From the NCBI GenBank assembly GCA_025201805.1, contig MU619281.1:37944-80969 (forward strand): a stretch of DNA of 43,026 bases, read 5' to 3'. Positions 22,011-34,472 of this stretch are shown piece by piece. Every line of letters starts with the position of its first letter. Within the stretch, counting starts at the first letter, position 1. The notes beneath the pieces were generated by a model. It ran no database searches, was not told where the DNA came from, and saw only the letters and a program-made list of their open reading frames with translations. The DNA is from Parasitella parasitica NRRL 2501. Its lineage: Eukaryota; Fungi; Mucoromycota. The translations under genes were made by a program, and so were the position numbers.

Positions 22011-24164
22011 TCATGGGGTAATAAGGATGCGAAGCGTATTAGTATTGCCTAAACCACCTCTCCATCCTTGGACTGCAACAATTGACTCATTGCGCTGAAG
22101 CAAACTATAAATTTGTTGTTAATTTTCAATATCCTGGCAAATGTCGCTGAAAACAATATTGTTACCCATATTTGAGGCCTTGTTCCATTCCTGTAATAAA
22201 AAACACGTTGGTATCAATGTTGGAATTATTTCTGATACAAATCTACTTGCCCCATTTAATCCTTGTATCAACGTCATCTTGCCAAGGAGAAAGATCAATA
22301 GGGCTCAAATAATCTGTACTATACGAGGCACTCAAGCGGCTGGCCTCTTCGGATGAGGCTTTAGGATAGTAGAATGGGAAACAACCACGATGAAGATGAA
22401 CCTGACGAGCAGTCTGTGGATTACGGGTAATGACGATGATAGGCATCTTTGGCCTATATTTGGAAATAAGTTGCGCAGACTTTCCTGAGCTTGTCAAGAC
22501 AATGATGGCCTTTGCGTTTTGTTCATGAGCAGCATTTACGGCCGCACAAGCGATTGTTTCTGTAGTTGAAGTCGGTAAAGATGTAAGGCTACGAAGCTCA
22601 TTGAACAATTTAGGATAGCAAATGACAGACTCTGCTAGCAATGCTGTTTGATGAATTGTTTTTACTGCTTCGATTGGATAAATGCCTTTGGCGGTTTCTC
22701 CAGAAAGCATAACGCAATCGGCACCATCTAACACAGCATTAGCAACGTCTGAAACCTCTGCACGAGTGGGACGAGGGTTATACTATTATGAAAGGTTAGG
22801 TCGAAGGATTATAACAAATCTAATAAATAGTAGATAACTCACAGTCATTGATTCGAGCATTTGAGTAGCACTGAATGGCAATGTTGGATATTACATAAAG
22901 TTTAGTTGGCATGTGCAGGTTTAATCTCTTGATCAACTTACCAAATCACTGGTTTTCCTGCCAAATTACACTTTGCAATCATCATTTTCTGCGCAATAAA
23001 CACTCTTTCTAAGGGAATCTCAATGCCCAAATCCTTTACATCTAGTCAGAATGATAGAGTCTTTTACATACTAGCTAAAGCATATACTTACACCACGAGC
23101 AACCATAATGCCATCTGTTTGTTTTAAGATCTCATCAAAGTTATCAACCCCTTGGTGATTTTCAATTTTAGAAATAATCTTGATGTTTTTACCCTCTTCA
23201 CCCAAAACTTGTCTGATATCCTTGATGTCTTGAGCGCGACGAATGAAAGACGCAAAGATAACATCCACTTTATTCTTGATACCGAATTTTAAATCCTTCC
23301 TATCCTTTTCAGATAGTGCTGGTAAATCAACATCAGTTCCAGGTAAATTGACGCCTTTGCAAGAACAAAGCTTTCCACTATTTAAGGCTTTCACTTTTAC
23401 TCCTTCAGGTAATATTTCCAAGACTTGAAGCGACAAGATGCCATCATCTACATAAATAAGCTTATTGACCTGAATCACATTGGGCAAATTCTTGTAATCA
23501 ATGTACATAATCTTGTCATCACATATATCTTTATATGCATCATTGACGCTCAATGTGAAAACATGACCAGCTTTGATTGGGATCTATGCACACAAAAAAA
23601 ATTAACTCTTTCACTCCCTTTAAACTAAATGTCATCATGCCACATCATACCTCGATATTATTTTTCATAATGCCAGTTCTAATCTCAGGGCCCTTCGTGT
23701 CAAGTGCTATAGCAGTAGGTCTCCCGGGGTACACTACAATGATAGCTTAGCACGTGGTTATACTGAATCATCAGTCTCAAGACATCCATACTTTTTGCAC
23801 TCTGATATGTGTTGTCAATGACTGATTGATGATACTATACACATTCATGTGCAAAAAGTTAAAATCTCCGCAATCATGCAAGCATCTTCCAACTAAACCT
23901 CATAAGAACCATGCGAAAAATTCATACGAACAACATTTAAGCCTGCATTACGAAGTTGAGTAATCATTTCAACGCTATTCGTACTTGGGCCTATTTCAAG
24001 CCTTAGTTTATTTGTTTTCCACATGTATTATATCAGGCTTTTTTCTTGTACAAATTACCGATTGTGCCAATAATGCTGGTCTTTCTCGAAGCTGAGGTAG
24101 TTATGTCTACATTCATTTCAGCTAGCCACTGTAATTCACATGCATTCTGTACGTTTGATGTCAT
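22011..24164 (-). CDS. PYK1: Pyruvate kinase; about 10 exons including a GC-AG intron
   Basis: [100 protein letters not shown]. Confidence 0.97.
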
Positions 24165-24806
24165 ATCTTTCGCTTCAATGTGGAATGTTTTATATGGAAA
24201 ATTAAAAGAGAAGAGAAAGGACAGAAGCCTTACTCGAAGCGGGAATTTATACTTTTCAACAGAACCCATGTTCTTACCATATTGGCTTTCGTTCATTTTG
24301 ACAGCATTTGATTCAAGTACCTACGTACAATTCATCTTGCATCTGATGAATCATCACATACCAGCAAGCATCATGGCCTCACTATACATTGCCTCAAAAT
24401 TAGGCACGTGTAATCACTTGTTGCACCTTATGAATGTTCAGACTTAACATGTGCCGAAATACCCTATGGCATGTTATACAGCAGTAATTGAATTAAAAAT
24501 TATTGAAGACATTTGCGTATCATTTGGATTAATCACTTGCTTGCGGTTCACCAGAGATATCTTACTCTTCCTTCCAGTATATACGAAATACAATGGCCCA
24601 AACTGATATCAAATGAAGTACATATTACTCATCATTGACAGCCTAAGATTTCAAATGACCGTAGTAGTCTACCTGAATTCTAAGCATGGTCGTTGTTAAT
24701 TAAGTGAGCAGGCTTTCCTTTACTATTGGCTATTTAAACGCCAGTCAGTCTTCTGCTAAACTTGATTTCTAGCCTTGAAAAAATTTGTAATTCTTTCATA
24801 AACGCA

Positions 24807-25836
24807 ATGACAGGTAAATATGGAATGGTAGGTATAGATAAAAGCTCTTAGCTAAAGCTCCAACTACTAGACTACGCTGAAGAACAAGCAAACGAAATCG
24901 AAGCTCTCGAATCTATTTACCCTGATGAATTTGAAAGTAACGACCACAAAAGCAAAACCCATTACCCACAAAGTACTTAATAATTTGTTGCCTGTGTTAG
25001 CCATCAGCGATAAAGAATTTAGGATTGCAATCTATCCAGAAGAGCAAGACGAAGAAAATCCTCGTACGTGGATGGCAACAATTGATGATTCTTTAATCAA
25101 GGTCTGATTCACTGTTTTATGTTAGGTGGCATCTCTTTACACGTAACTTACACACCCAGCTATCCTGATGAACTACCAGAATATGATATTGAAACAATCG
25201 AAGGCCAAATTCCATCGAGTTATTATGGTAAAATTAGACAATCAGTCAAGCAAATTGTAAGTTGAGCCATACAAAGAAAACGCGTTTACAGCAAATCTGA
25301 TTGTCCTCCTAGGCTGAAGACTCAGTTGGCATGGCAATGATTTTCACCATGGTGATGGCTATCAAGGAAGAACTCGATAATATCGTGTTGGATGTCCAAA
25401 AAGCAAAAGAAGAAATTATAAATGAAAAAAGACGCAAAGAAGAAGAAGCTGAGCAAGCTAAATTTCTTGGTACAAAGGTTACAGTTGACAGCTTCATGGC
25501 ATGGAAAAAGAAATTCGACGCCGAAATGTTGGAAAAGGATGCGGCTTTGAAAACACAAAGAGCAAAGGAATTAAAGGGCAAAATATCAGGTAGTTTTGTC
25601 ATTTGGCATCAAGGAGATGTAGTTAATAATGCATATAACCTTGTCTAGGTCGTCAAATGTTCGAACAAGATAAATCACTTGCTTTATCTGATGCTAAATA
25701 CATGGACGAAGGCGATGTTTCTGTGGACGCTTCTCAATTTGACAAGGAAGAACGTGGTGGTGCTTTTGAAGATAATAACGAAAATGAGGAAAATGCTGTT
25801 TGGAAAACATTCGATAAAGAGGAGTTGCATAATTAA
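24807..25836 (+). CDS. GIR2: RWD-domain protein (RWDD1/Gir2, DRG2 partner); 6 exons
   Basis: MT|DYAEEQANEIEALESIYPDEF, YPDELP, VGMAMIFTMV, GTKVTVDSFMAWKKKFDAE, SGRQMFEQD. Confidence 0.9.
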
Positions 25837-26245
25837 ATAGTATATCATATTAAATAGACAAAAAGACCCCCCTGAACCAATTTGAGAACTTTCTAAGTTT
25901 ATTCGAAAAAAAAAAAAAAACTTGGAAGCAATACCATCTAACACAATGAAAGATCAAGGAAAACGAGGAAAAGGAGGAGGGATGGGGGAGGACAAAATTA
26001 TCAATTGATTTGACAAGCTGATTGGTGATACGGCTGTTGACATTAGTTTGACTACCCCTCAAACGTGTCCATCATCCCACGTTGCGTAAAGCACAGTGAG
26101 GTAATTCGATCTAGAAAATTACCTTACCCTTTTTTGTCTGATGTTATATCTATCTGATGTTATTGGCAGTCAGCAAAACCAGGTTGAGTACTGTATCGGT
26201 ATGATAGAACGTGATTTTTGAATGGCACAATGGCTCCAGTGAGCA

Positions 26246-26272
<27 letters not shown>
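26246..26272. repeat. (GA)13 microsatellite
   Basis: directly visible. Confidence 0.9.
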
Positions 26273-26276
<4 letters not shown>

Positions 26277-26807
26277 TGACATTAGGATACACCTTTTTAG
26301 CTACAGTATAGCGAGGAGGAAACCCAGAATGGAAATGCTCAGATCATCCCAACATTGGCATTGAGGGGTATTGGCGTTACTTCTAATCAAAAACTTAATA
26401 TGACCTGCAAATTTTTGGTGAACCAAATATATAGATATTGGATGGGCTTAAATAAAACCGAATCAACGACGGGAAGACCAAGAATAATCTATTAGGTGAA
26501 CAGAACATGCCGAATCAAATAGTAGTTATTGTTGAAATGTCATTCAATAGTCTAATGCATAGCTTCATAAATTTATCTCCCAGAGGTTTATCCTGCTTGA
26601 AATAAAAGAGCAAACAGCCTTTGAGTGCAAAACGGAATGCATTTTTTGATAATCATGCGTTCGTCGTAACATAACGGTAAATTTTATCAAAGAGATTAAA
26701 ATGATAGTATTTTCATAGACTTTGGTTCTTTTGCGTTTTAAAATTGAGCCAAGCTGTTTTTCTCTTCTTTTTCTTTTCTTCCTGATCCCGATAACACACA
26801 TGCAAAA

Positions 26808-27925
26808 ATGCAGAAAAGACTATATAGTTTTGGGTTCAACGCGTTTAAGCAAATAAAGGAATCAGAAGAGTCCATCATCAGGTCACCTAACTATTGTACA
26901 CATGCGAGTCAAGTTTTATTTACTAGTTGGGAGACAACCATTGTCATGGGCGGTATATATTTATATGGGAGTTTGCTCTTGCTTTCAAGCATCTGATTGT
27001 CTTTTTTCTCAAATGAAGATGAAGGTGCATTACAATTTTTGGGATTCCAACCACCATGGTTTTCTAGATTCAAGACATTATGCCAACAAAAAAAGGACAT
27101 CAAGAGTATTTTTGGAGACCCTGACAGCATGATGGGTTTGATTGACAAACAACGTTGCATTTCATTTGTTACATCAACTGTCGAGCACATTGACTGTATT
27201 AAACACGCTGAGCAAGCTGTGTATTGTCAGAGCCAGCAATCTATTTTTGTATTGAAGCATAAAACGGGTCGAGTTGAACGATACAGCATCTATGACCTAG
27301 GATGTGAATCTGTCGAGTTCCCTTGCAGAGTGATGAAAATGAGTGCTGCCAATACACAAATTTTGTTCTTGACAGATTCCAACAATACACCTGTCTATGG
27401 GCTTGGGTCCAACCGTTTATCTCAATTAGGCATGGATTATCAGCAACAGGAATTGACAACGCCATCCATGATTGAGTATTTCTGTGGATTATCGGATGCA
27501 ATAGACATAGCCTGTGGGCCATTCCATTCTGCTGTTATACTCGGTGGCGATGTATATACATTTGGCTGGTCCAAGGATGGTAGATTGGGATGGGGCATGC
27601 CTGAAGAAAATGACGATTTAGTGTCCTTGACTTTGTTTTTAGATGCAAATGATCAACCCGTAGAGATCAACGCAACAAAAGTAGCGTGTGGTTCAGCGCA
27701 CACATTAGTATTGGATGGTATGAATCATAACGACAATATTTAAGCAGAAATTCACTCTGTTTCATAGATCAAGGCCGTGTTTGGTCTTGTGGCAGTAATG
27801 CTTATGGTCAATTGGGTCGTGCACTCTCTGCAGATCAAGAATTCGATGCTTACTTTCGTCAGTGCGCAACCGAAGCAGCTATAGATTGTTTCACAGGACG
27901 ATGGACATCGTTTATTTTAGTTTGA
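26808..27925 (+). CDS. RCC1-repeat protein, RCCD1-like; 3 exons
   Basis: N-terminal LYSFGFNAFKQI; repeats VYGLGSNRLSQLG, IACGPFHS...VYTFGWSKDGRLG, VACGSAHTLVLD|DQGRVWSCGSNAYGQLG; ends TGRWTSFILV*. Confidence 0.85.
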
Positions 27926-27946
27926 TATAATACATTTACACTCTAT

Positions 27947-28831
27947 TTAGTTGTTGATTAAACCAGCAATCCTACTCATTAATTCATCATGCTTGGGATT
28001 GGCTTGGGTTTGATTCTGATTATCTCTCACTTTTCCTATTGATTCCCTTCTCGTCAAGAACATTTCTGCTGTTGTGATTGTCTTATGTTTATAATCCACC
28101 CCATCATCAAAAGCCAACAAGAACGGTAAACTTGCAGTACCAGATGGCGTCACTGTGAGTACAACCTTTGGTTTGCCTTCATCATCAATGTGGGCACTTT
28201 CAACGTAAAAAGTACGAACTTTTCTATCTCCTAATTGACGTAATTCTAAGGAATGGCGTTTAGGTAAATGAGCCACTACACCTCCAACGCCAACTGCATG
28301 GCCGTAACGGCCTGCATTCAGAATACGGCCTTCTACAGAGTAAGGTTCATCAGAAGTATAATCAGAATAAGTAGGACCCACGAAATCATTTGTATCAGCA
28401 AAGGATATCTTCAGGTAATCGTATAATTGATCGGGTACAAGCTCCTTTTGTTTGACTAGCTGTTGGAAGTCAGGGGCACGTTTTGCACATTGTTGTAAAA
28501 AGCGTCTAAAGTCAACAGGGGACATTTTGGCAATGTTGTGTGTTTGAGAATCAGAACGAGGTGTTGGTTTCCTGGACTCGGGGAAATTTTCCTTCCAGCG
28601 CTTTAAAAATAAAACTTTACTGTTGCCTGATTGCCACGGTGTTTGATGTTCTCCTGTATCCAAACCTTCAATTGTAGCATAGCGAGTGCGAATAACAGTT
28701 GGCAAATTGCGTTTTAGGCCCCAATCACCAATGTGCTTGCGTTTTAAAGGAGTTGTGTATACTTGACTTATGGTTTGATCATAAGATGCAAGCCTTGAAT
28801 TACGCAATAAACTAGCAAATGTGTTGCTCAT
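27947..28831 (-). CDS. MRP51: Mitochondrial small-subunit ribosomal protein bS1m (Mrp51); intronless
   Basis: FASLLRNSRLAS...QVYTTP...GDWGLKRNLP, GRILN, VGVGGVVA; likely start MSNTF at 28831. Confidence 0.85.
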   Translation of the reverse strand: MSNTFASLLRNSRLASYDQTISQVYTTPLKRKHIGDWGLKRNLPTVIRTRYATIEGLDTGEHQTPWQSGNSKVLFLKRWKENFPESRKPTPRSDSQTHNIAKMSPVDFRRFLQQCAKRAPDFQQLVKQKELVPDQLYDYLKISFADTNDFVGPTYSDYTSDEPYSVEGRILNAGRYGHAVGVGGVVAHLPKRHSLELRQLGDRKVRTFYVESAHIDDEGKPKVVLTVTPSGTASLPFLLAFDDGVDYKHKTITTAEMFLTRRESIGKVRDNQNQTQANPKHDELMSRIAGLINN

Positions 28832-29541
28832 TGCCAATAGAATAGGAAGAGATGTATGAAAAATAAGTCTCCCCTGCCTTGAAATTTGATGTCGGGGATC
28901 CTTCAAAACCTTCATCTTTTGCGTAGTGGCTTATTGGCACTTTTTTATTTAGTTGTCATGACAACTGTACCTGTCAAAAAATCTGAAATCTGTTATCAGT
29001 TGGTTGCAATAAGAACACATCGCATAGCTGAGCATGTTAGTTATTGATTTTGTAAAATTGACTAAGCAGAAATTAGCAAGGAATTCGACCACACAAGATT
29101 TGGTGTAAGACATTTTATATCATCTGTTTAAAGGTATTTTTAATTTATATTAAAAGAGCTAATAAGTTGCTATCAACATCATATATCTAAAGTCCCTTTT
29201 ATTCTTCTCTCTTTTTACTCTTTTTCTCTTTGGTTTTCTACCCCACACAAATATCATACGGATTTGTGTGTGTTTCAGCAGCAGAAATAAGAATTAATTT
29301 AGGGTGGCGAATCGATTTTGTAAAATATTTTTTTCTTCTTTTATAGATTTGGAAAACAAATAGTGAAAAGCAAGTTCACACACATAGCCACTTTGCTTTT
29401 TCCTTTTACTTTTCACAATACATTACTGTAACATTTTTGCTTCCCTCATCGTTAGTTTTTTTTTTATTCCCTTTCTCTATCTCACTTTCATTTCTTGTCT
29501 AATCAAAAATATTTTCTCTTTAGAGTTTTTTTTTTCAACAA

Positions 29542-30548
29542 ATGGAAGATATTCAACATAAATTGCGTATAGTACCACATCTCGATTCGAGCAGCGCACT
29601 TATTTTTCCAATCATGGAGTTTACATTGAATGGCTCGGCAGTTGTACGTATTGGACGCACCATTGCAGACAGTAACAAGAGGCCCCAATCATCAACTACA
29701 CAAATGACTTTTAGGAGTAAGGTTGTGAGCAGAACACACGCTGAATTATTTGTGCAGGCAAACAAGGTAATAGAGCAACAAAAAAAATTGTAATCTTGTT
29801 ATTGATTATGAAGCACAGGTTTACATTCGTGATTTGGAGTCTTCTTCAGGCACATTTCTCAACAGCAGAAGATTATGTGGACCCAATCAAAAATCAGAGC
29901 CTTTTCAACTTCACGATAATGATATAATTCAATTGGGTGTTGATTATCAGGGAGGAACGCAAGGTAAGTATTATATATAACAACAATAATGATCCTCAAC
30001 AATGTAATGACATGACATTGCTATTCAGAGATATACCGTGCTGTGAAAATGCGATTGGAGTTGAATAAAAATAAGCAGCAAAGCGAAAATATGAACAGAT
30101 ACAAGTAAGGGCTGAGTGTTTCATGTTTATCCGTGTATTTCATGTTAATCAATCAATCCCTCGTAAAAAAAGCTTGCAGACCTACAATTCTCTTCGTAAT
30201 CTGGTCACACCGCCCAACCATGTCATGACAATTACTCAATCAATGGAAAAGATTGAATTTGAAGAACTGCAGGAAAAAGAGGATGACGATGCTGACATCC
30301 ATGTAGACGAGTGCTGCATTTGTCTATTTGCAATTGCGCCTTTCCAAGCGTTGTTTGTTGCGCCTTGCTCCCATACATTTCATTATAAATGCTTGCGTCC
30401 CTTGTTAGCGAACCATCCAGGATTTGCATGCCCATTATGTCGAAATTATGCCGATTTGGATGCAAGCGTGTCTCTTGAAGTAGAAGATGTGAAATCGATG
30501 TTAAAGACAATGAAGCAAACAAACAAATCGACATCACGAGGTGACTGA
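29542..30548 (+). CDS. DMA1: FHA + RING-H2 E3 ubiquitin ligase (Dma1/Dma2 family); 4 exons
   Basis: RIGR, FRSKVVSRTHAE, YIRDLESSSGTFLN, DIIQLGVDYQGG, and CCICL...APCSHTFHYKC...CPLCR. Confidence 0.92.
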
Positions 30549-31563
30549 ATGGTAGTGCATAAATTGCTTTCCACAACTACAGACACCTAGAAAAAAAGAT
30601 TTTATATACACTACAATAATGAAATTGGAGGCAATTTACTGTACCGATTCATTATTGCACGTTATTACTAGTCCATCCATAATACCCTTCATTTATCAAT
30701 TGATTATATAAATAATGATTTATACCCGTGTTTAAACACGAGGTTGAATAAAATTTATTTATATTTATATACACGCAAAATACATACACACTCTCACACA
30801 CACTTACAAAATAATCGCATTGGTAGTACAATTATGATATATGTACAATGCCTGATCGGGCATGATACAAAAAAAAGATAATACGTTTTTAATCTTGCTG
30901 ATCTACATGTATATTGGTATTTTTTTATGATTGCATAGAAAATACAAATATTATATTGACACATGCTTATCAACAAAATCCCAAGGAGAGACACACATAT
31001 TCTTTATGTTGACCAAAATAGATTTGTTTGAAACTGTCGAAATAAAGACGAATGTAATATAATCCCTGCTTTTATCAGGTAGGATCTTTGCTGTTTGAAG
31101 CTAAATTTATATAATTGGTGTCATTTATGGTCTGTTACATCAAGTAATCAAGATTAAGGAGCGCTTTTCTTTCTTTATTCCCTCCTTCAACACTCCTAGT
31201 GTAATATATAATGTAATTACATATAGCTTAAATAATAAACACAAATCACATGCAAAATTGAATATTATAAACACAGAATGCCATAATTATACAAATTGTG
31301 TGTTGTTGTTTTTTGTACAAACACAATAATACAAGTTCAGAAACAGGAAATCAGTCTGTTAGCATGGTGGCACAATGAAACAATTGATATGAGAGGGGTC
31401 AATTAGGAGATCAGAACAAGGAGGGAAAGATGGCCAATTTGGGGGAGATCAATGCTTGGGGGGCAAAGGGGGGAGAGGCAAAACAGACTTGTATAAATAC
31501 ATGCCACATTTGCAATTGAATCGTTCTTTTTTTCTTCTTTCTTGTAAAATCTACTACAAAACA

Positions 31564-32193
31564 ATGCCTTCTTTATCATTCTTATTCAATCATAATCACA
31601 ATAACAAACAACAACAACAACAACAGCAGCAGCAGCAGCAGCAAGCAGAGCTTTCATGCTGTACCTGTGGATGTCATTATCAGCAACAATACACCAGCAA
31701 CAACATTTCAGAAGAGCCATCTACCATCATCTTATCACCCACAAGATGGTTTCCTCGTATTCGCCGTAGATCTTCATCTGCTTCGTCATGTCCGTCATTT
31801 TTTGATGAAAATAGTACCAGCAGCGCAAATAGCAGTAGACGACCTTCAGCAGAATACATACATGAAATTGAAGACAAGCAAATCGATGAATTTGAAGAAT
31901 TATACCGCTTAGCCGTAGACGAGGTATGTATACATCATTACAAATGTTGTCAGAATAAAAACTAATTTGTGCTTTAACAGATGGCCTACGCAATTGAGTC
32001 TCAAGGATCCATTTATTATAGAGGCGACTTGATCTCAACAACAGAAGCAGTAAACAATTGCCTTGATCGCTTTCAACAATTGATGCAAACATTGCACTCA
32101 GATAGATCTCACAAATTTCAACAAGAGTGGACTGATATTTTATTCGAACTTCGATCGCGTCTAGATTCATTACCCTTCGATCACTCAGAATGA
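31564..32193 (+). CDS. Hypothetical protein: polyQ, Cys cluster, Ser-rich linker, C-terminal helical domain; 2 exons
   Basis: ATG 31564; intron gtatgt...aacag joins ELYRLAVDE|MAYAIESQGSIYYRGD; stop 32193. Confidence 0.75.
31609..31644 (+). repeat. Coding (CAA)5(CAG)6(CAA) repeat, polyQ12
   Basis: directly visible. Confidence 0.9.
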
Positions 32194-32835
32194 TTCCTCA
32201 CTCTTTATTTCCTTTTTTCCACCTATGAACAACAACAGAATTAAGCTTTTTATTTATATAACATCCCTTAAAACACCAAGATTTCCTATGCAACTTTTTT
32301 TTTCATTTCTTTATTTTAGTCTTATCATATAGCCGCAGCAAAAAAAAAAAACTCTTTATATCCCCATATTCCCTTAAGCAAAATTATCATAGTGTATTCC
32401 CTAAGCAAAATTATTTTATTTCATTTACTTATATATTATACAAAAAAATTATACCAACCTTTTATGACCACATGTCTCTCCATAATAAAAACAATTAGAA
32501 TGAAACAAACCTACTAGGCCTTCAATATCGAAACAAATGTTGTCAATCAGATTTACTGATGAATTGAATGAAACATATGGTGTCCTGTCTCATTAGAATA
32601 TGCTAATTTATCCAAGATTCTCGACGCTTTGAAACATTCGGGTGTTCTGTTTTAAGTAATACTGTACACTGTTATACTCCCAAAAGGAAAAGATAAATCG
32701 GTTATTCCGTTCAAGTAACACAACAACCCCCATGATACTTTATATGCCTCCTGCCTGTCTCCGGTTATGTGGCTCATATTTTATACTAAAAAATGTCAAA
32801 ATTGATATACATGTCTATACATAGTTGGCATAATT

Positions 32836-34472
32836 TCAAAAGTGTCTAGGTTGCTTCTCAGCATCAATGTGAATGATCACTTCTTGGACATGAGCACAGT
32901 CTTTTTTTATCGCTAGTCTTACTTTTTGCTCAATTTCATGAGCTCGACTGATAGATAGTCGAGGATTAAGTTGAATAACGAGGTCTAAATGATGAAATGG
33001 TCCAAATTTACGACCACGTACTGAATAGAAATCAAATAAATCATCTTCTTTGTTCTATATATCGTCTTATTAGTCATATTTTCTGTTTTAAATACATTTA
33101 CACTCTACCTTGACAGAGGTAATGATAGATTTAATTTCATCTAATTCTGTTCCACTGATGCTTTCATCCAGTAATTCTCTTGTTGATTGTCGCATAATGT
33201 CTAATCCGCTCTTAAAAATCATACCTGACACAACGATACCTCCCAATGGATCAAAAATAGGCATTCCAGCATAAGAGCCTCCTATCGCCACAAGAGCTAC
33301 AAAGCTAGAATAAGCATCTGATCGATGATGCCTTTTTTTTTTTATAAACATGTTAATGTGTCAAATCAGGCTCTTCAATTGCTATTTATATACCATGCAT
33401 TCGCAATCAGGACATCACTACGTTCAAGTTGACCTACTTTGAGAGCTTGTCGAAAAGAAAAAGAGGGGGTAAGCATACATGATACATACACACATACATA
33501 CATTAAATGTCTATTTTCAGCCACAATAAAGTTTGCAAAATCTTATACTTACTTTTCCGATACAACCACTCCTTAATGGCAACACTTGCTAATGCAAACC
33601 AAGCAGCATTGGGATCTAGTATATTTTGCTGTCGACTTGAATCGTCAGGAGCAGTCGTTGCCGTGGAGGCTACTGTGTCATTTAAAGTTTGAGCAATTTG
33701 ACTGTGTTGTTGATTCCATATATCTAATAGCAAATCAAATGAATGTATGCCGATACCGATGCTCCCCGCTACTAATATAGCAGAGACAGATAAAGAGCCT
33801 AAAGTCTCGTATTTGCCTTTAAAAAAATACATCAGATACTATAGGTATAGAAACCCAATAGACTCACCGTAGCCGTATGGAAATGTGTCGTCTGGTACTT
33901 TTCTTGACATTTTATATGTATATAAAGTAACAAAATCACTTAGAAGATCTGATAGCAGCGATGTTAAATTGCATTGGTTTACTGTGTGACATGGCATTTG
34001 GTAATTACCACTGAATGAATGAGATGCATCTGCTAATAAAGCAGCAGAATTCATAAACCTACGTAAAAAGAGTGAGGTTTGCCGATGAGGCAGCTCGATA
34101 TTGTCGTACATACCAGCCTGCAACCCCTTTAGACACTGTCAATCCGACATTGGAGACAAATCCAATCCAGGTCACTTGCATTCCTTTTTTACCTATGTAT
34201 ATATTGCATATGCGTTCATGACCGAGACTAGCCAAAAAGATTTATTGAGTCTTACTTGAATTTTCGAGCATGGAAGCAAATTCATCGGTATGGACATCAC
34301 TATGCGGTTGTTCTGTTCCCATGAATCGATTGTTGTTTATAACAGGCCTACCCGTATTTAAAGGGGGCAAAACAATGGCCATGCATTTTCTTTTTTTTGA
34401 AAGTAAAGACGTTCTTGATATGGGACGGATGGCCAAGCACTGGCCCTGAATAAAACCGGTTGATCTCAACAT
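32836..34472 (-). CDS. Cation diffusion facilitator, mitochondrial metal transporter Mmt1/Mmt2-like; 8 exons
   Basis: Basic presequence-like N-terminus; SAALLADASHSFSDLLSD, FPYGYGKYETLG, KEWLYR, ANAWHHRSDA, DPLGG, RGRKFGPF, VIIHIDAE. Confidence 0.92.

Noticed and set aside
22000-22013. Stop-codon read-through creating a cryptic peroxisomal PTS1 on pyruvate kinase or other enzymes
   Set aside because: Context is TGA AAA CAC TAA, not TGA CTA, with no SKL-like end; the other stops checked were also negative.
24405-24410. CACGTG E-box upstream of pyruvate kinase, a potential target of the bHLH factor
   Set aside because: A single hexamer; others occur at non-promoter positions (8478, 23751), so no enrichment.
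28400-28410. ATATCCTT (U12-type donor consensus) on the minus strand
   Set aside because: Lies inside the uninterrupted MRP51 ORF; none of the introns I modelled needs U12 signals.
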